Positions 40,105-50,874 of a stretch of DNA of 64,000 bases are shown here, piece after piece. The DNA is taken from NCBI GenBank assembly GCA_051382335.1, contig JBBCAX010000253.1, positions 1-64,000 on the forward strand, read 5' to 3'. The position numbers and the translations under genes are program-made. The notes beneath the pieces were generated by a model, which was not told where the DNA came from, made no database searches, and was given only the letters and a program-made list of their open reading frames with translations. Position 1 is the first letter of the stretch. Each line of letters opens with the position of its first letter. This DNA is from Deltaproteobacteria bacterium TL4 (GTDB lineage: Bacteria > SAR324 > NAC60-12).

Positions 40105-41298
40105 TTACTCTTTTTCAATACGCGTTTGCGCTCGATTACGCCCCCATTGATCCGCATCCAGGGCATCTTTGATGGTCTTAATATGCTTTAAATATGCGGG
40201 TACTGATTCGGAACACCATTCTACTTTCAGTTCATTCAAAATCGCAGTCAGTATACCTGAAATTTCAAGAAAAGAAATCTTTCCCTTCAGAAAGGCTGAA
40301 ACTACTTCTTCGTTGGCACCATTCAGGACGGCGGGGGCTCCCCCTCCCATATGAACGGTCTCAATGGCTAATTGCAAACATGGAAATTTTTGCTGAGAAA
40401 CTTCAGCGAAATGAAGCTTTTGGATTTGTGCTAAATTGAGTTTGGGAAGATTCAAGGGCAACCGTTCAGGATAGGCTAAACAATAAGCAATCGGGACTCG
40501 CATATCAGGTAAACCTAATTGAGCAATCAAGGAACCATCCACATATTGGACCATCGAATGGATGATACTTTCACGGTGAATCAATACCTCAATTTGATCC
40601 ACAGGGACATCAAACAACCAATGAGCCTCGATCACTTCAAGACCTTTGTTCATCATTGTCGCTGAGTCGATAGTGATTTTCGGACCCATCTCCCAATTGG
40701 GATGGTTCAAGGCTTCCTCTAAAGTAATTTGAGGAAAATTTTCAAAAGGTTTATCCCGAAAAGGACCGCCTGACGCGGTCAGGATCAGTTTTTCAACGCT
40801 TTGTTTCTGATGCCCCTTTAAAGATTGAAAAATGGCGTTGTGTTCACTGTCCATCGGTAAAATAGTGGCGTTTTTTTCTTTGGCCACACGCATCATGAGC
40901 TCTCCGGCCAACACCATGGTTTCTTTATTTGCCAACGCTAATGTTTTTCGCATTTCAAGCGTGGCATAGCTTGAGGGCAAACCTGCGGCACCTACAATTC
41001 CCGCGATGACAGTCTCAACATCCTCTAGCTCCGCAATTTGGACCAAACCTTCCTGCCCCCATAACACTTGAAGTTGGTCTGTTTTCCATTGAGCTTGCAG
41101 CGCCTTAGCGGTTTCGGCGGATCCCACACAAACCACCCTTGGATGGAACTCTCGTATCTGTTCCATCAACTGAGCGACCTGACTGTTGCACGACAGGGCA
41201 ATCACCTCAAAACACTCAGGATGTTGTCGGAGAATATCGAGGGTATTTGTCCCAATGGAACCGGTCGAACCCAGAATCGCAAGTCGCTTTTTTTCCAT
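40105..41298 (-). CDS. dxr: 1-deoxy-D-xylulose 5-phosphate reductoisomerase
   Basis: LGSTGSIG, LANKE, DSEH, TASGGPF, HPNWEMGPKITIDSA. Confidence 0.97.
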   Translation of the reverse strand: MEKKRLAILGSTGSIGTNTLDILRQHPECFEVIALSCNSQVAQLMEQIREFHPRVVCVGSAETAKALQAQWKTDQLQVLWGQEGLVQIAELEDVETVIAGIVGAAGLPSSYATLEMRKTLALANKETMVLAGELMMRVAKEKNATILPMDSEHNAIFQSLKGHQKQSVEKLILTASGGPFRDKPFENFPQITLEEALNHPNWEMGPKITIDSATMMNKGLEVIEAHWLFDVPVDQIEVLIHRESIIHSMVQYVDGSLIAQLGLPDMRVPIAYCLAYPERLPLNLPKLNLAQIQKLHFAEVSQQKFPCLQLAIETVHMGGGAPAVLNGANEEVVSAFLKGKISFLEISGILTAILNELKVEWCSESVPAYLKHIKTIKDALDADQWGRNRAQTRIEKE

Positions 41299-41446
41299 GT
41301 TGGAACTCAGCTTAAGGTCTACTTGAAAGGGATGAAGCATTCATCGAATGAAATCCTGTTAAAGCCACTTTTTAGCGTTTGCGGTGTTCTTCAGTGCCAA
41401 TTTTTAAAAACTCCCCACACCACGAACTGAGGCTAACGGTCAAGGC

Positions 41447-42298
41447 TTAATGAGCATTGATAATCATCCAGACAATGTAGTAAAAGGCAGGAACCGTGGT
41501 GAGCAATCCATCCACACGATCCAGAACCCCTCCGTGTCCCGGAATGATGGTACCCGAATCCTTTACGTCACAAAGACGCTTTAATTTGGATTCGATCAAA
41601 TCGCCCATTTGTCCTATAAGCGCAATGAAGATTGAAATTAAGAAACCTTGCCACCAGGTTAGTGCCGAAATTGAGGTAAACGCGAAAATCCCGCCAATAA
41701 CGCCACTACCTATCGCACCACACGCACTCCCTTCAATGGTTTTTTTAGGACTGATACTGGGTGCCAAGGGAGTTTTTCCAAAGCGTTTACCTCCGAAATA
41801 CGCAAAAGAATCACTAACCCATATCGTAATCAACAACAAAAAGACTAAGGCTGTTCCTTCGGGAAGATCTTTGATCAGAGCAAAATGGTTAAAACTCCAT
41901 CCAATCCATAAGAGACCGAATAAGTCCAAGCCTAAGACCTGGAGCTCAGAAATATCTTTCAACGGCATGAATAACAGTTGATAGAAAAATACAATCAACG
42001 CGCTGAATACCAAAGCGCTAGTTAATCCGGAAACTCCGGCGACTAAGGAACCGATCCCCATCAACAAGGTACAGCCCATCAAAAGAAGAGGATTCAAATG
42101 AATATAGTTTTTGGCGAACATAGTGTTATACTCACTGATTCCCACCAAGGCAAAAATCAAAGCGGCCACGCCAACAACCGTGGTAGAACCATAGATCAAC
42201 ATTCCTACAACAACCACAGCTAAAGGCACCGCTGTAATGACTCTCGCTGACAAATCGGATTTCTTGGGTTCGGGAGTGACTGTTTCATTTTCTGACAT
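41447..42298 (-). CDS. cdsA: Phosphatidate cytidylyltransferase
   Basis: SPKKTIEG, GDLIES, KDSG..IPGHGGVLDRVD. Confidence 0.95.
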   Translation of the reverse strand: MSENETVTPEPKKSDLSARVITAVPLAVVVVGMLIYGSTTVVGVAALIFALVGISEYNTMFAKNYIHLNPLLLMGCTLLMGIGSLVAGVSGLTSALVFSALIVFFYQLLFMPLKDISELQVLGLDLFGLLWIGWSFNHFALIKDLPEGTALVFLLLITIWVSDSFAYFGGKRFGKTPLAPSISPKKTIEGSACGAIGSGVIGGIFAFTSISALTWWQGFLISIFIALIGQMGDLIESKLKRLCDVKDSGTIIPGHGGVLDRVDGLLTTVPAFYYIVWMIINAH

Positions 42299-42416
42299 GA
42301 GGATCCTTTGCTATTGAAAGATGAAAGTAAAATGAATGATTCAGAACGTTCATTAAAGACTTACCTTTGATTTTACTCCTTGCAGGAAAAACCAAGAGTT
42401 GCAAATTTTTTCTGCG

Positions 42417-43151
42417 TTATGAAGACTCAATCTCGAGGCCTCCCATTCTTCGATGACGTTGTTGAAACGAAGACAGTGCCTTATAAAACTCTTCCTGGTT
42501 GAAGTCAGGCCATAAAACCTCTGTAAAATAATACTCGGCATAGGCAGACTGCCATAATAAAAAATTAGAAATTCGATATTCCCCACTGGTACGGATCACA
42601 AGATCGGGGTCTGGTAAATCGCCGGTATACATCATTTGTGAAATCAGCGTTTCATCAATCTGATCCACAGCCAAGTGTTCGTTCTGAACTTTGAGCATTA
42701 TTTGTTGTACCGCTCTAATAATTTCTGCTCGCCCTCCATAGTTCACGGCAAGATTTAAAACCATGCCCGTGTTCAAGTGTGTTGATTGTAACGCACGGTC
42801 CAGTGGCTCATGGATGAAATCAGGCAGTTTTGTGCGATCTCCAATCAAACGCAGTTGAATATTATTCTTCAACATGGTTTCTAACTCTTTTTGCAAATAT
42901 TCGGCGAGTAAATTCATCAAAACAGAAACTTCCTTTTTAGGACGTTTCCAATTTTCTGTTGAAAAGGCATAAAGCGTTAAGGCGGTTAAATGAAGCTCCG
43001 CGGCCGTTTCCACCGTGATTCTGACGGCCTTAACCGCACTGCGATGACCATGAAAGCGAGGCATCACCTGTTTTTGTGCCCAACGACCATTACCATCCAT
43101 GATGATAGCGACGTGCTTTGGAAGACATGAAAGATCCAGTTGTGCCAACAT
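42417..43151 (-). CDS. uppS: Undecaprenyl diphosphate synthase
   Basis: HVAIIMDGNGRWA, YAFSTENWKRP, IRTSGEYRISNFLLWQ. Confidence 0.96.
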   Translation of the reverse strand: MLAQLDLSCLPKHVAIIMDGNGRWAQKQVMPRFHGHRSAVKAVRITVETAAELHLTALTLYAFSTENWKRPKKEVSVLMNLLAEYLQKELETMLKNNIQLRLIGDRTKLPDFIHEPLDRALQSTHLNTGMVLNLAVNYGGRAEIIRAVQQIMLKVQNEHLAVDQIDETLISQMMYTGDLPDPDLVIRTSGEYRISNFLLWQSAYAEYYFTEVLWPDFNQEEFYKALSSFQQRHRRMGGLEIESS

Positions 43152-43221
43152 TTTGTTTATTCCTTTTGAGGCTCTTTTGTGATCAAATCTCTGCAAATCC
43201 CTCAAAAATCCGAGTCAGATC

Positions 43222-44073
43222 CTAACTTTTGTAATCCAGACTGATGTCCAACGAGGGGGAGGAGTGTGTCAGTGCACCAACGGAAATCACATCCACTCCT
43301 GTCGCAGCAATTTCGGCAACTCTGTCCAGCGTGACACCTCCCGAGGCTTCAATGATGGCCCTTTTATCTATCAATTTTACCGCTTGACGAATCTCATCGC
43401 ACGACATGTTGTCCAACAGGATCGAGTCAGCGCCAGCGTCAAGCACCTCTTGAATTTGAGAAAGTGAATCAACTTCAACTTCGATACTGAGGGTGTGAGG
43501 TAATCTTTGGCGCAATGTTTTTAAAGCTTCGCTGAGGGAAACACCGTGTTTTTTTAAAATCGAAAGATGGTTATCCTTCAACATCACCGCATCTGACAAA
43601 TTATAACGATGATTGATTCCGCCTCCCATACGAACGGCATACTTTTCCAATAACCTTAAGCCCGGTGTCGTTTTTCTTGTATCAACAATCCGCACCGTAG
43701 CTGAACCTTTTCGAGCTTCCTGAACGAAAAGATAAGTTTTTGTGGCAATACCACTCAAACGTTGCAAGAAATTCAGAGCCACTCGTTCTGTTTGTAACAA
43801 AGATTGAGCACAGCCTTCAAAAGAGGCCAACACCGTCCCTTGAGTGAGCCAGGTTCCATCCTGTTGCAACGCCATCCATTTCAGATCGGGATCTAAATAG
43901 CGAAAAACCTGTTCAGCGACCGTAAGTCCTGCGACAACACCATCCTGCTTCAGGAGGATCTCCAACTGGACTTGCCATTTGGCGTTTATGACCGTTTCAG
44001 AGGTCACGTCTCCCCAAGCCAGGTCTTCTTCCAGGGAAGTTTTAATGAGTTGCTGGAGGTGGAAAGCATTCAT
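43222..44073 (-). CDS. nadC: Quinolinate phosphoribosyltransferase
   Basis: DTRKTTPG, MLKDNH, EVEV, LLDNM, EASGG. Confidence 0.96.
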   Translation of the reverse strand: MNAFHLQQLIKTSLEEDLAWGDVTSETVINAKWQVQLEILLKQDGVVAGLTVAEQVFRYLDPDLKWMALQQDGTWLTQGTVLASFEGCAQSLLQTERVALNFLQRLSGIATKTYLFVQEARKGSATVRIVDTRKTTPGLRLLEKYAVRMGGGINHRYNLSDAVMLKDNHLSILKKHGVSLSEALKTLRQRLPHTLSIEVEVDSLSQIQEVLDAGADSILLDNMSCDEIRQAVKLIDKRAIIEASGGVTLDRVAEIAATGVDVISVGALTHSSPSLDISLDYKS

Positions 44074-44109
44074 AACTAGTCTATGGGGCCCTGAATTAAA
44101 AGTAATGGA

Positions 44110-45672
44110 TCAATTCGCCTGATCAAAAACGCTTTTGACAGTTGAGGACATGAAGGGGTCTACGGCCTTCGGGAAATCTTCTCGAAAGTGAGCTCCCCGA
44201 CTTTCCTGCCGTTCAAGTGCCGATTCGGCTATTAATCGACCCAGCAAATGCAAACATTCCAACTCGAATTGCTGTAAACTGGAAGGAGTGGAGGGAAGAG
44301 CTCTTCGTTTGGGAAGCCTACGACAAACTTTATTTAAAGAATCCGCATTTCTGATGATGCCCACATTGTCCCACATCAGTTTTTGAAGCTCTTCCAGTTT
44401 CAAACTTTCGGAAAAAGAGTCAGAAGCCGCCGCAGGAATCGGCTCAAAAGAGTGATCTTCCCGTTGAGGCCATTCAGGGAGTTGGGAAAAATCCTGTTGC
44501 AAAACACTGGCGGTTCTTATGGAAAAAACCGCAGCCTCCAGGAGTGAATTGCTGGCTAACCGGTTTGCACCATGAACGCCAGTTCGCGTTACCTCACCAC
44601 AGGCATAAAGCCCGGGAACGGAGGTTCGCCCCCAGATGTCTGTTGCCACACCTCCCATCATGTAATGGGCCACAGGCGTAATGGGAATCCAATCTTTCCG
44701 TATGTCGATATTGAATTGCAGGCACGTGTTGAAAATGGTTGGAAACCGCTTGGGAAGCATCTCCAAATTCAGTGAAGTGGCATCCAGATAAATGGAGTGC
44801 CCTACCTGCTTGGTAGATTCATAGGCAATCGCCCTTGCCACAATATCTCTAGGGGCCAGCTCTCTCAGAGGATGCGCCTTTTCCATAAAGCGCTCCCCTT
44901 TGACATTCCTTAAAATCGCGCCCTCTCCTCTCACTGCTTCAGAAATCAGGAAATTAGGAGCACCTTCCAAGTTAAGCGCGGTCGGATGGAACTGATAAAA
45001 TTCCAAGTCCATCAGTTTTGCGCCTGCGCAATAAGCCAACACCATACCATCTCCGGTCGCGCCGTCAGGGTTGCTGGTGTATTGATAGATTTTCCCGGCA
45101 CCCCCCGTTGCAATCACCACTTGAGAAGTGAATATCTCAGAAATTTTTTGGGAAGGCTCATGAAAAAATCGAATTCCTCGTATTTGCTGCTTGTCTCTGA
45201 TTAACGAGGTAGCCAGACAATGCTCACGGAGCTCAATATTGGGATGATGTATGACGCTTTCAACCAGACCTCTTTGGATTTCTGCTCCTGTCGCATCACC
45301 CCCCGCATGCAGGATCCGATGGACGCTATGAGAACCTTCCAAACCCAACAAAAAGCGATTATCATCGCCTTTGTCAAAGCAAACACCCAAGCTGATTAAT
45401 TGTTCAATCGCATCGTGACTATTGCGAGATAAAACCTCTACCGCCTGAGGGTCACAAATACCACTGCCCGCGACAGCGGTATCCCTGATATGCAACTCTA
45501 CAGAGTCGTTATCACCCCATACCGCAGCAATTCCGCCTTGAGACCAACGGGTGTTGCTATCGAATAGAGTGTTTTTCGTAATGAGTGTGACATGCTGTTT
45601 TTCCGCGGCAAGACGAGCTGTCAATAAACCCGCTAAACCGCTTCCGACAACAACCAATGTTGGAGATCCCAT
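44110..45672 (-). CDS. nadB: L-aspartate oxidase
   Basis: GSGLAG, QGGIAA, QFHPT, HYMMGG, HGANRLASNSLLE, ESRGAH. Confidence 0.95.
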   Translation of the reverse strand: MGSPTLVVVGSGLAGLLTARLAAEKQHVTLITKNTLFDSNTRWSQGGIAAVWGDNDSVELHIRDTAVAGSGICDPQAVEVLSRNSHDAIEQLISLGVCFDKGDDNRFLLGLEGSHSVHRILHAGGDATGAEIQRGLVESVIHHPNIELREHCLATSLIRDKQQIRGIRFFHEPSQKISEIFTSQVVIATGGAGKIYQYTSNPDGATGDGMVLAYCAGAKLMDLEFYQFHPTALNLEGAPNFLISEAVRGEGAILRNVKGERFMEKAHPLRELAPRDIVARAIAYESTKQVGHSIYLDATSLNLEMLPKRFPTIFNTCLQFNIDIRKDWIPITPVAHYMMGGVATDIWGRTSVPGLYACGEVTRTGVHGANRLASNSLLEAAVFSIRTASVLQQDFSQLPEWPQREDHSFEPIPAAASDSFSESLKLEELQKLMWDNVGIIRNADSLNKVCRRLPKRRALPSTPSSLQQFELECLHLLGRLIAESALERQESRGAHFREDFPKAVDPFMSSTVKSVFDQAN

Positions 45673-45690
45673 ATCTGTTCTCTCAGAACC

Positions 45691-46860
45691 CTAACTGAGT
45701 TCAAGCATACGTTCCAAGGCAATCTTCGCAAACCTTGCGGTCTCCTCCGGAACTTTAATTTGGTTAACCACACGTCCTTTGAGGAGATTATCTAATACCC
45801 AAAGAACATTAGCAGGATGTGTCCGATACATCGTCGAACAAGGACATACGTTTGTGTTCAAACATTCAATGTGCTTCCCCTCTTTGCGGAATAATTCACG
45901 GTGCAAGCGATTAACCAGATTTATTTCCGTTCCCACCACCCAGGAACTTCCAGGTTCTGAATCTCGGATGATTTGGATTATTTTATTGGTAGACCCATAA
46001 TAATCAGCGGCGTCCACAACTTCCTCTGCACACTCAGGATGGACGATCACGTTGACATCGGGGTTACGTTCACGCGCGTTTTTAATTTGCTTTGCGGTGA
46101 ACCGTGCATGAACAGAACAAAACCCGTTCCATAATAACACACGGGTATCAAGAAGCTGTCCTTCAGTGAGCCCGCCATCCATCAGGTGTCGATTCCAGAG
46201 TCTTATTTGATCCCGGGGCACGCCCATCGCTTTGGCGGTATTTCGGCCCAAGTGCTGATCGGGAAAAAACAGCACAGGTTTGTTTTGATCAAAGGCCCAT
46301 TTAAGAATTTTTTCGGCATTGGAGGAAGTACAAACCACCCCCCCATGCTCTCCGCAAAAGGCTTTTAACTCTGCGGAAGAGTTAATGTACGTGATGGGAA
46401 CAAAAACATCCTCTCCGCAAATTTCGGACAAAACATCCCAACATTCCGCCACAGATTCCCTGTCAGCCATATCGGCCATAGAACAACCAGCGGTGATATT
46501 AGGGAGCATGACCTTCTGGCGTGAAGTGGTCAATATGTCGGCACTTTCCGCCATAAAATGCACACCAGAAAAAATAATGTAGGGAGCCGCTTGTTCAGCC
46601 GCGATCTGAGCCAAATTCAGAGAATCTCCGGAAGCATCACCGAAACGAAAAGTCTCGTCCCGCTGATAGTGATGCGCAAGGATAAAAACGGAGTCCCCTA
46701 ATTTTGCTTTCGCGTCAAACCCCCGTTCCCAAAGCTCTTCCATAGACATCTGGTAGTAATGGGGAGGAATGTCATCACACAAAAAGATAGGGAATCCTTC
46801 ATCTGGAGGACAAGTAGAAGAGAATTCTTTGAGACTGCTTATTTCTTGAAGCATATTCAA
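45691..46860 (-). CDS. nadA: Quinolinate synthase
   Basis: AHHYQ, GCSMA, CTSSNA, FCSVH, HPEC, CPCSTM. Confidence 0.95.
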   Translation of the reverse strand: MNMLQEISSLKEFSSTCPPDEGFPIFLCDDIPPHYYQMSMEELWERGFDAKAKLGDSVFILAHHYQRDETFRFGDASGDSLNLAQIAAEQAAPYIIFSGVHFMAESADILTTSRQKVMLPNITAGCSMADMADRESVAECWDVLSEICGEDVFVPITYINSSAELKAFCGEHGGVVCTSSNAEKILKWAFDQNKPVLFFPDQHLGRNTAKAMGVPRDQIRLWNRHLMDGGLTEGQLLDTRVLLWNGFCSVHARFTAKQIKNARERNPDVNVIVHPECAEEVVDAADYYGSTNKIIQIIRDSEPGSSWVVGTEINLVNRLHRELFRKEGKHIECLNTNVCPCSTMYRTHPANVLWVLDNLLKGRVVNQIKVPEETARFAKIALERMLELS

Positions 46861-47313
46861 GCACTTGACAAATGGTAAACGCTCATGTGCGCTTTACAGT
46901 GATTCATTTAAATTTCGCCAATTAAATCAAAGACAAAAATCAAATATTCATTTCGGGACGAATACGATCGATGGTAAAGGGCTTGCTCTTACATGAAAGA
47001 TTTCAATGAATCCATACAGTATTGCTTCAATCAAAAGATTGGGGGATTTTACTGTAGTGTTTGAAGGAATGCAAGATTTTTGTTTGTCTTTTGAAGCTTT
47101 CTTTTATTAAATTTTTCTAAACCGCTCAGAACCTTCGTCACAGCTACCGAGTCTTGGTTGAATTTCTCAATTTCGTGACAGCGACTAATTCTTTCCAAAG
47201 TGAAGGTTCTAATTGCCAATACTGAAAGATTATGATAATCGCATAAGATCAAGGACGTTATAGAGTTACCATGACGCAAAATAATCGATCACGTCTATTT
47301 AAGGAGTTGGGCT

Positions 47314-48288
47314 ATGACAGACTCACCTGTCCTCAAGAGTAAAGTTTTGTTCTATGAAGAAGAGGGAAAGTATATTGAGCAATTAAAAAGTTTTTTTGTT
47401 TCCAATAACCTGGTGGGTTTGAGGTTAAAACATTTTGACTCTCTGATTGATGTGATTCAAACGAATATCAATCTGGGACTGGTCCTGCTATCGCTCCCGT
47501 CAACAGAGTCGAGTCATTTTTTTGAAGTGGTCATACAACTACATAACCTACGCCCTGAGTTACCCATCATCATCCGAACGAATGATGCTGAGTTTTTAAA
47601 AGACTGCGATCGAAGAACACAAGACGCGATTTCCGCAATTTATCAAGGAGAAGACCTGGAAACGCTGAAAAAACATGTTGATACACACTTGTTCAACTTG
47701 CTCTTTCCTGAGACTTTGATCAAAGGGATTGAAGCCATGTCTGAAGAGACACTGAGGATGGTTCTGCAGGGGGTCGAAATTTTTGCGTGTACGCCCTTTT
47801 TGATCAAAGACAGTGTTATCTATGGAGAGCTCTTTAGCATGATTCCCTTGGAAAGTAACTGGTGTCGAGGGTCCATGCTGCTTCAAGTAGAAAAAAAAGC
47901 ATTTGCGAATTTGATTAAAAATGAAAGGACGCCCTTTTCACATGATGATACCAGTTCGAACGCTTTGAATGGATTGCTAGGAGAAATTACCAACATGATT
48001 TGGGGTCGCTTTAAATCACAGTTCATCCTCAACGATGGTCAAGAATCCGGTAAAGTTCTTTCTCAGGTACCCATCATCATTGATCAGGATAACAAATACA
48101 TTTCTTTTGGTTCAAAGAATCCGCAGCTTTGTTTTCGCTATGTGATCTATGACAAAAAAGATATCTTTGAGCCTATTTCGCTTTATCAACGTTTTATTTT
48201 CCATCTTCACTGGGCCCCTGAAGATTTCAAAGAACCTGAAACGGTTGATATTGATAAACTGATAGCAGGTGAAATAGAGTTTTTTTGA
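47314..48288 (+). CDS. Degenerate receiver-like plus CheX-like phosphatase domain protein
   Basis: GEITNMIWGRFK (ExxN); AAGGAG RBS; receiver-like N-terminus. Confidence 0.7.
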   Translation: MTDSPVLKSKVLFYEEEGKYIEQLKSFFVSNNLVGLRLKHFDSLIDVIQTNINLGLVLLSLPSTESSHFFEVVIQLHNLRPELPIIIRTNDAEFLKDCDRRTQDAISAIYQGEDLETLKKHVDTHLFNLLFPETLIKGIEAMSEETLRMVLQGVEIFACTPFLIKDSVIYGELFSMIPLESNWCRGSMLLQVEKKAFANLIKNERTPFSHDDTSSNALNGLLGEITNMIWGRFKSQFILNDGQESGKVLSQVPIIIDQDNKYISFGSKNPQLCFRYVIYDKKDIFEPISLYQRFIFHLHWAPEDFKEPETVDIDKLIAGEIEFF

Positions 48289-48312
48289 TAGCAGGTGAAA
48301 TAGATTTTTTTT
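48260..48312 (+). repeat. 26-bp tandem duplication across the stop codon
   Basis: tgatagcaggtgaaataga(g/t)tttttt twice. Confidence 0.85.
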
Positions 48313-48336
48313 AACACTAATGTTTGAGGAGTTGGT

Positions 48337-49836
48337 ATGTCAGGATTTAAAGAATACGGAGATTATGATGGTTTGGGATTGGCCGAGTTGGTCAAATTAA
48401 AAGTCATCAGTCCTTTGGAATTGGTGGAAGAAGCGATTTCACGGATTGAAAGCGTCAACCCTAAATTGAACGCAGTCATTACGCCAATGTATGAAGAAGC
48501 AAAAAGAATTGCGGAAAGTCCTTTGCCGGAAGGCCCTTTTACAGGAGTTCCCTTTTTGTTGAAAGATCTTCTTGGTACTTATGCCGGAGTCCGTTTTACC
48601 AAAGGCTGCAAAGCCTATGAGCATTATATTCCCAATCACGATGCGGAAATTGTCAAACGCTTTAAGGCGGCAGGCTTGATTACTCTTGGTAAAACGAACA
48701 CTCCTGAGTTTGGTTTGATGGGTGTCACCGAACCCAAGCTTTTTGGTCCCACCTTAAACCCCTGGAATACCGCACATACGCCTGGAGGTTCAAGTGGCGG
48801 AAGTGCGGCGGCTGTGGCGTCAGGAATGGTCCCTATGGCCTCGGCAGGTGATGGTGGCGGTTCCATTCGAATCCCTGCTTCATGTTGCGGTATTTTCGGG
48901 ATCAAACCCAGTCGTGGAAGAACGCCCCTGGGACCGGATCATGGTGAAAGTTGGCAAGGCGCGGTAGTCGATCATGTCGTCTCAAGAACTGTAAGAGATA
49001 GCGCGGCGATGCTTGACGCTGTTTGTGGACCAAGTTCCGGCGATCCCTATTTAATCAAGCCACCCGCTCATAGTTATATGGCTGAAATTCTAAAACAGCC
49101 TGGAAAACTCAAGATTGCTTACTCCACCCAATCCCCTCTGGGCACCCTTGTGGATCGCGAGTGTGTCAATGCGGTTGAAAAGGCTGTAGATCTTTTAAGA
49201 AACTTAGGTCATCACGTTATAGAACAACAACCCGAGTATGATGGCATGGCTCTCGCGAAAGCCTACTTAATGATCTATTTTGGTGAAGTTGCTGCGGATA
49301 TTGCTCAAATTGAAAGTGACATCGGAAGACCGGCACGATGTGAAGATGTTGAAGACGCGACTTGGACGATTGGGTTATTAGGGCGTGCCTATTCAGCAAG
49401 AGATTTTGTGATTTCGAAGAGAACCTGGAATGACTTTGCACGTGCCATGGGAACCTTCCACGAAAAATATGATTTATACTTGACACCTACCTTGGCGGCT
49501 CCGCCTGTAAAAACAGGGGAACTCCAACCCAACTTTTTAGAAGCGATGGGAGCAAAAGTCATTAATAAAATAGAGCTAGGTGGACATATTTTGAAACATA
49601 CAGGGTTTATTGAACAATTAGCGCATAAAAGTTTTGAAAAACTGCCGTTTACACAATTGGCCAACTTAACCGGACAACCGGCTATGTCGGTGCCACTGCA
49701 TTGGAGTGAGAGCGGATTGCCCTGCGGAGTTCAGTTTATTGCGAAAATGGGAGATGAGGCGACCTTGTTCCGCTTGGCCGCGCAACTGGAAAAGGCGGCA
49801 CCCTGGAAAGATCATCGACCGCCAATTCATGCTTAA
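48337..49836 (+). CDS. Amidase-signature family enzyme
   Basis: GVPFLLKD, GKTNTPE, PGGSSGGSAAAV, DGGGSIRIPA. Confidence 0.93.
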   Translation: MSGFKEYGDYDGLGLAELVKLKVISPLELVEEAISRIESVNPKLNAVITPMYEEAKRIAESPLPEGPFTGVPFLLKDLLGTYAGVRFTKGCKAYEHYIPNHDAEIVKRFKAAGLITLGKTNTPEFGLMGVTEPKLFGPTLNPWNTAHTPGGSSGGSAAAVASGMVPMASAGDGGGSIRIPASCCGIFGIKPSRGRTPLGPDHGESWQGAVVDHVVSRTVRDSAAMLDAVCGPSSGDPYLIKPPAHSYMAEILKQPGKLKIAYSTQSPLGTLVDRECVNAVEKAVDLLRNLGHHVIEQQPEYDGMALAKAYLMIYFGEVAADIAQIESDIGRPARCEDVEDATWTIGLLGRAYSARDFVISKRTWNDFARAMGTFHEKYDLYLTPTLAAPPVKTGELQPNFLEAMGAKVINKIELGGHILKHTGFIEQLAHKSFEKLPFTQLANLTGQPAMSVPLHWSESGLPCGVQFIAKMGDEATLFRLAAQLEKAAPWKDHRPPIHA

Positions 49837-49950
49837 CCAATCAGGGAAAAGGGGACAAACGTTCAAGACAAAGTAAGGGGAAATTCTTGAAACCGTTGAA
49901 GTTGAGTCCCTTGAATTTGGGAACGCGGCCAGTTCAACGCATAGAAAAAT

Positions 49951-50784
49951 TTAGGAATTGAGGCGCTTTGTCTCAAGTTCTCTTTTAGGGGGGGTATCAA
50001 AGAAGCTGGGATAATATTGTTGGATGATGTACTCAATCATCATCCTTTTGTGTTCTGCGTCAATCTCCAGATATAAGCGAAGAATCTCACTACCACAATC
50101 AACAAAGCGCTGCATCAGCATCTCTGAGCCTAAGGGACTTTGAGCAAACATGGCGGTAATGTCCTCTTCATCCCAGACCATTTTTGTCTGGTTGAAGAGT
50201 TCCAGGAGTTCTGACCTGGACCCTACTTCTTTCGAGGGCTGTTTTCGGCTTCTCAATCCCACTTCAAAAAAATTCATTTGCTGTGCCTGCCTTTTTTCAG
50301 CAGACGGATGTCGCCGCAGTCCCAAAGGAGGGTTCCGGGTTTTTCCTCCATTCAGACGTAAGGCTTTGACTCGAATATCCCGCATTTTTTTAAGATAATC
50401 CAGTTCATCAAAAATCAACACCTGCCGATAACCATTATGAAAGTAATCCTCGGATTCCCGTTCCGCTTTTACCTGACAGTAAAGACAGAGCGCCAGCAGA
50501 TTTTCATCATTTTCATTCAGAGCGTTGCTATCAATATAATAAACTTTTAACCTCGATCCTTTTCCCCTCGATAAATGGCCGACATTACAGATGGCGCACC
50601 TGTAGCGAAATTGGCTCAAAACCAAGTCTTCAAACGTTTTCATTCCCTGTCCTACTCCCTGTCTGACGTTTTGTTCGGAGGCCTTCTGAAAAACGTACAT
50701 GAACCCACGTTTTTTATGTTTTCCTGACCGAATTACTTGAAGTAAACGGTCCCGATTATTAGCTAAAATACGAACAATATCCAC
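49951..50784 (-). CDS. Hypothetical protein with degenerate HNH-like Zn finger
   Basis: RCAIC..LKVYYID..N..ENLLALCLYCQ; start uncertain. Confidence 0.6.
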   Translation of the reverse strand: MDIVRILANNRDRLLQVIRSGKHKKRGFMYVFQKASEQNVRQGVGQGMKTFEDLVLSQFRYRCAICNVGHLSRGKGSRLKVYYIDSNALNENDENLLALCLYCQVKAERESEDYFHNGYRQVLIFDELDYLKKMRDIRVKALRLNGGKTRNPPLGLRRHPSAEKRQAQQMNFFEVGLRSRKQPSKEVGSRSELLELFNQTKMVWDEEDITAMFAQSPLGSEMLMQRFVDCGSEILRLYLEIDAEHKRMMIEYIIQQYYPSFFDTPPKRELETKRLNS

Positions 50785-50874
50785 TAAAAAACGATAAAAT
50801 TTTTCGAGCTGTGCAGGTGGTTTGAAAATTAATCACGAAAAACATGAAATAAATGATTTTTTAATAAATGAATT

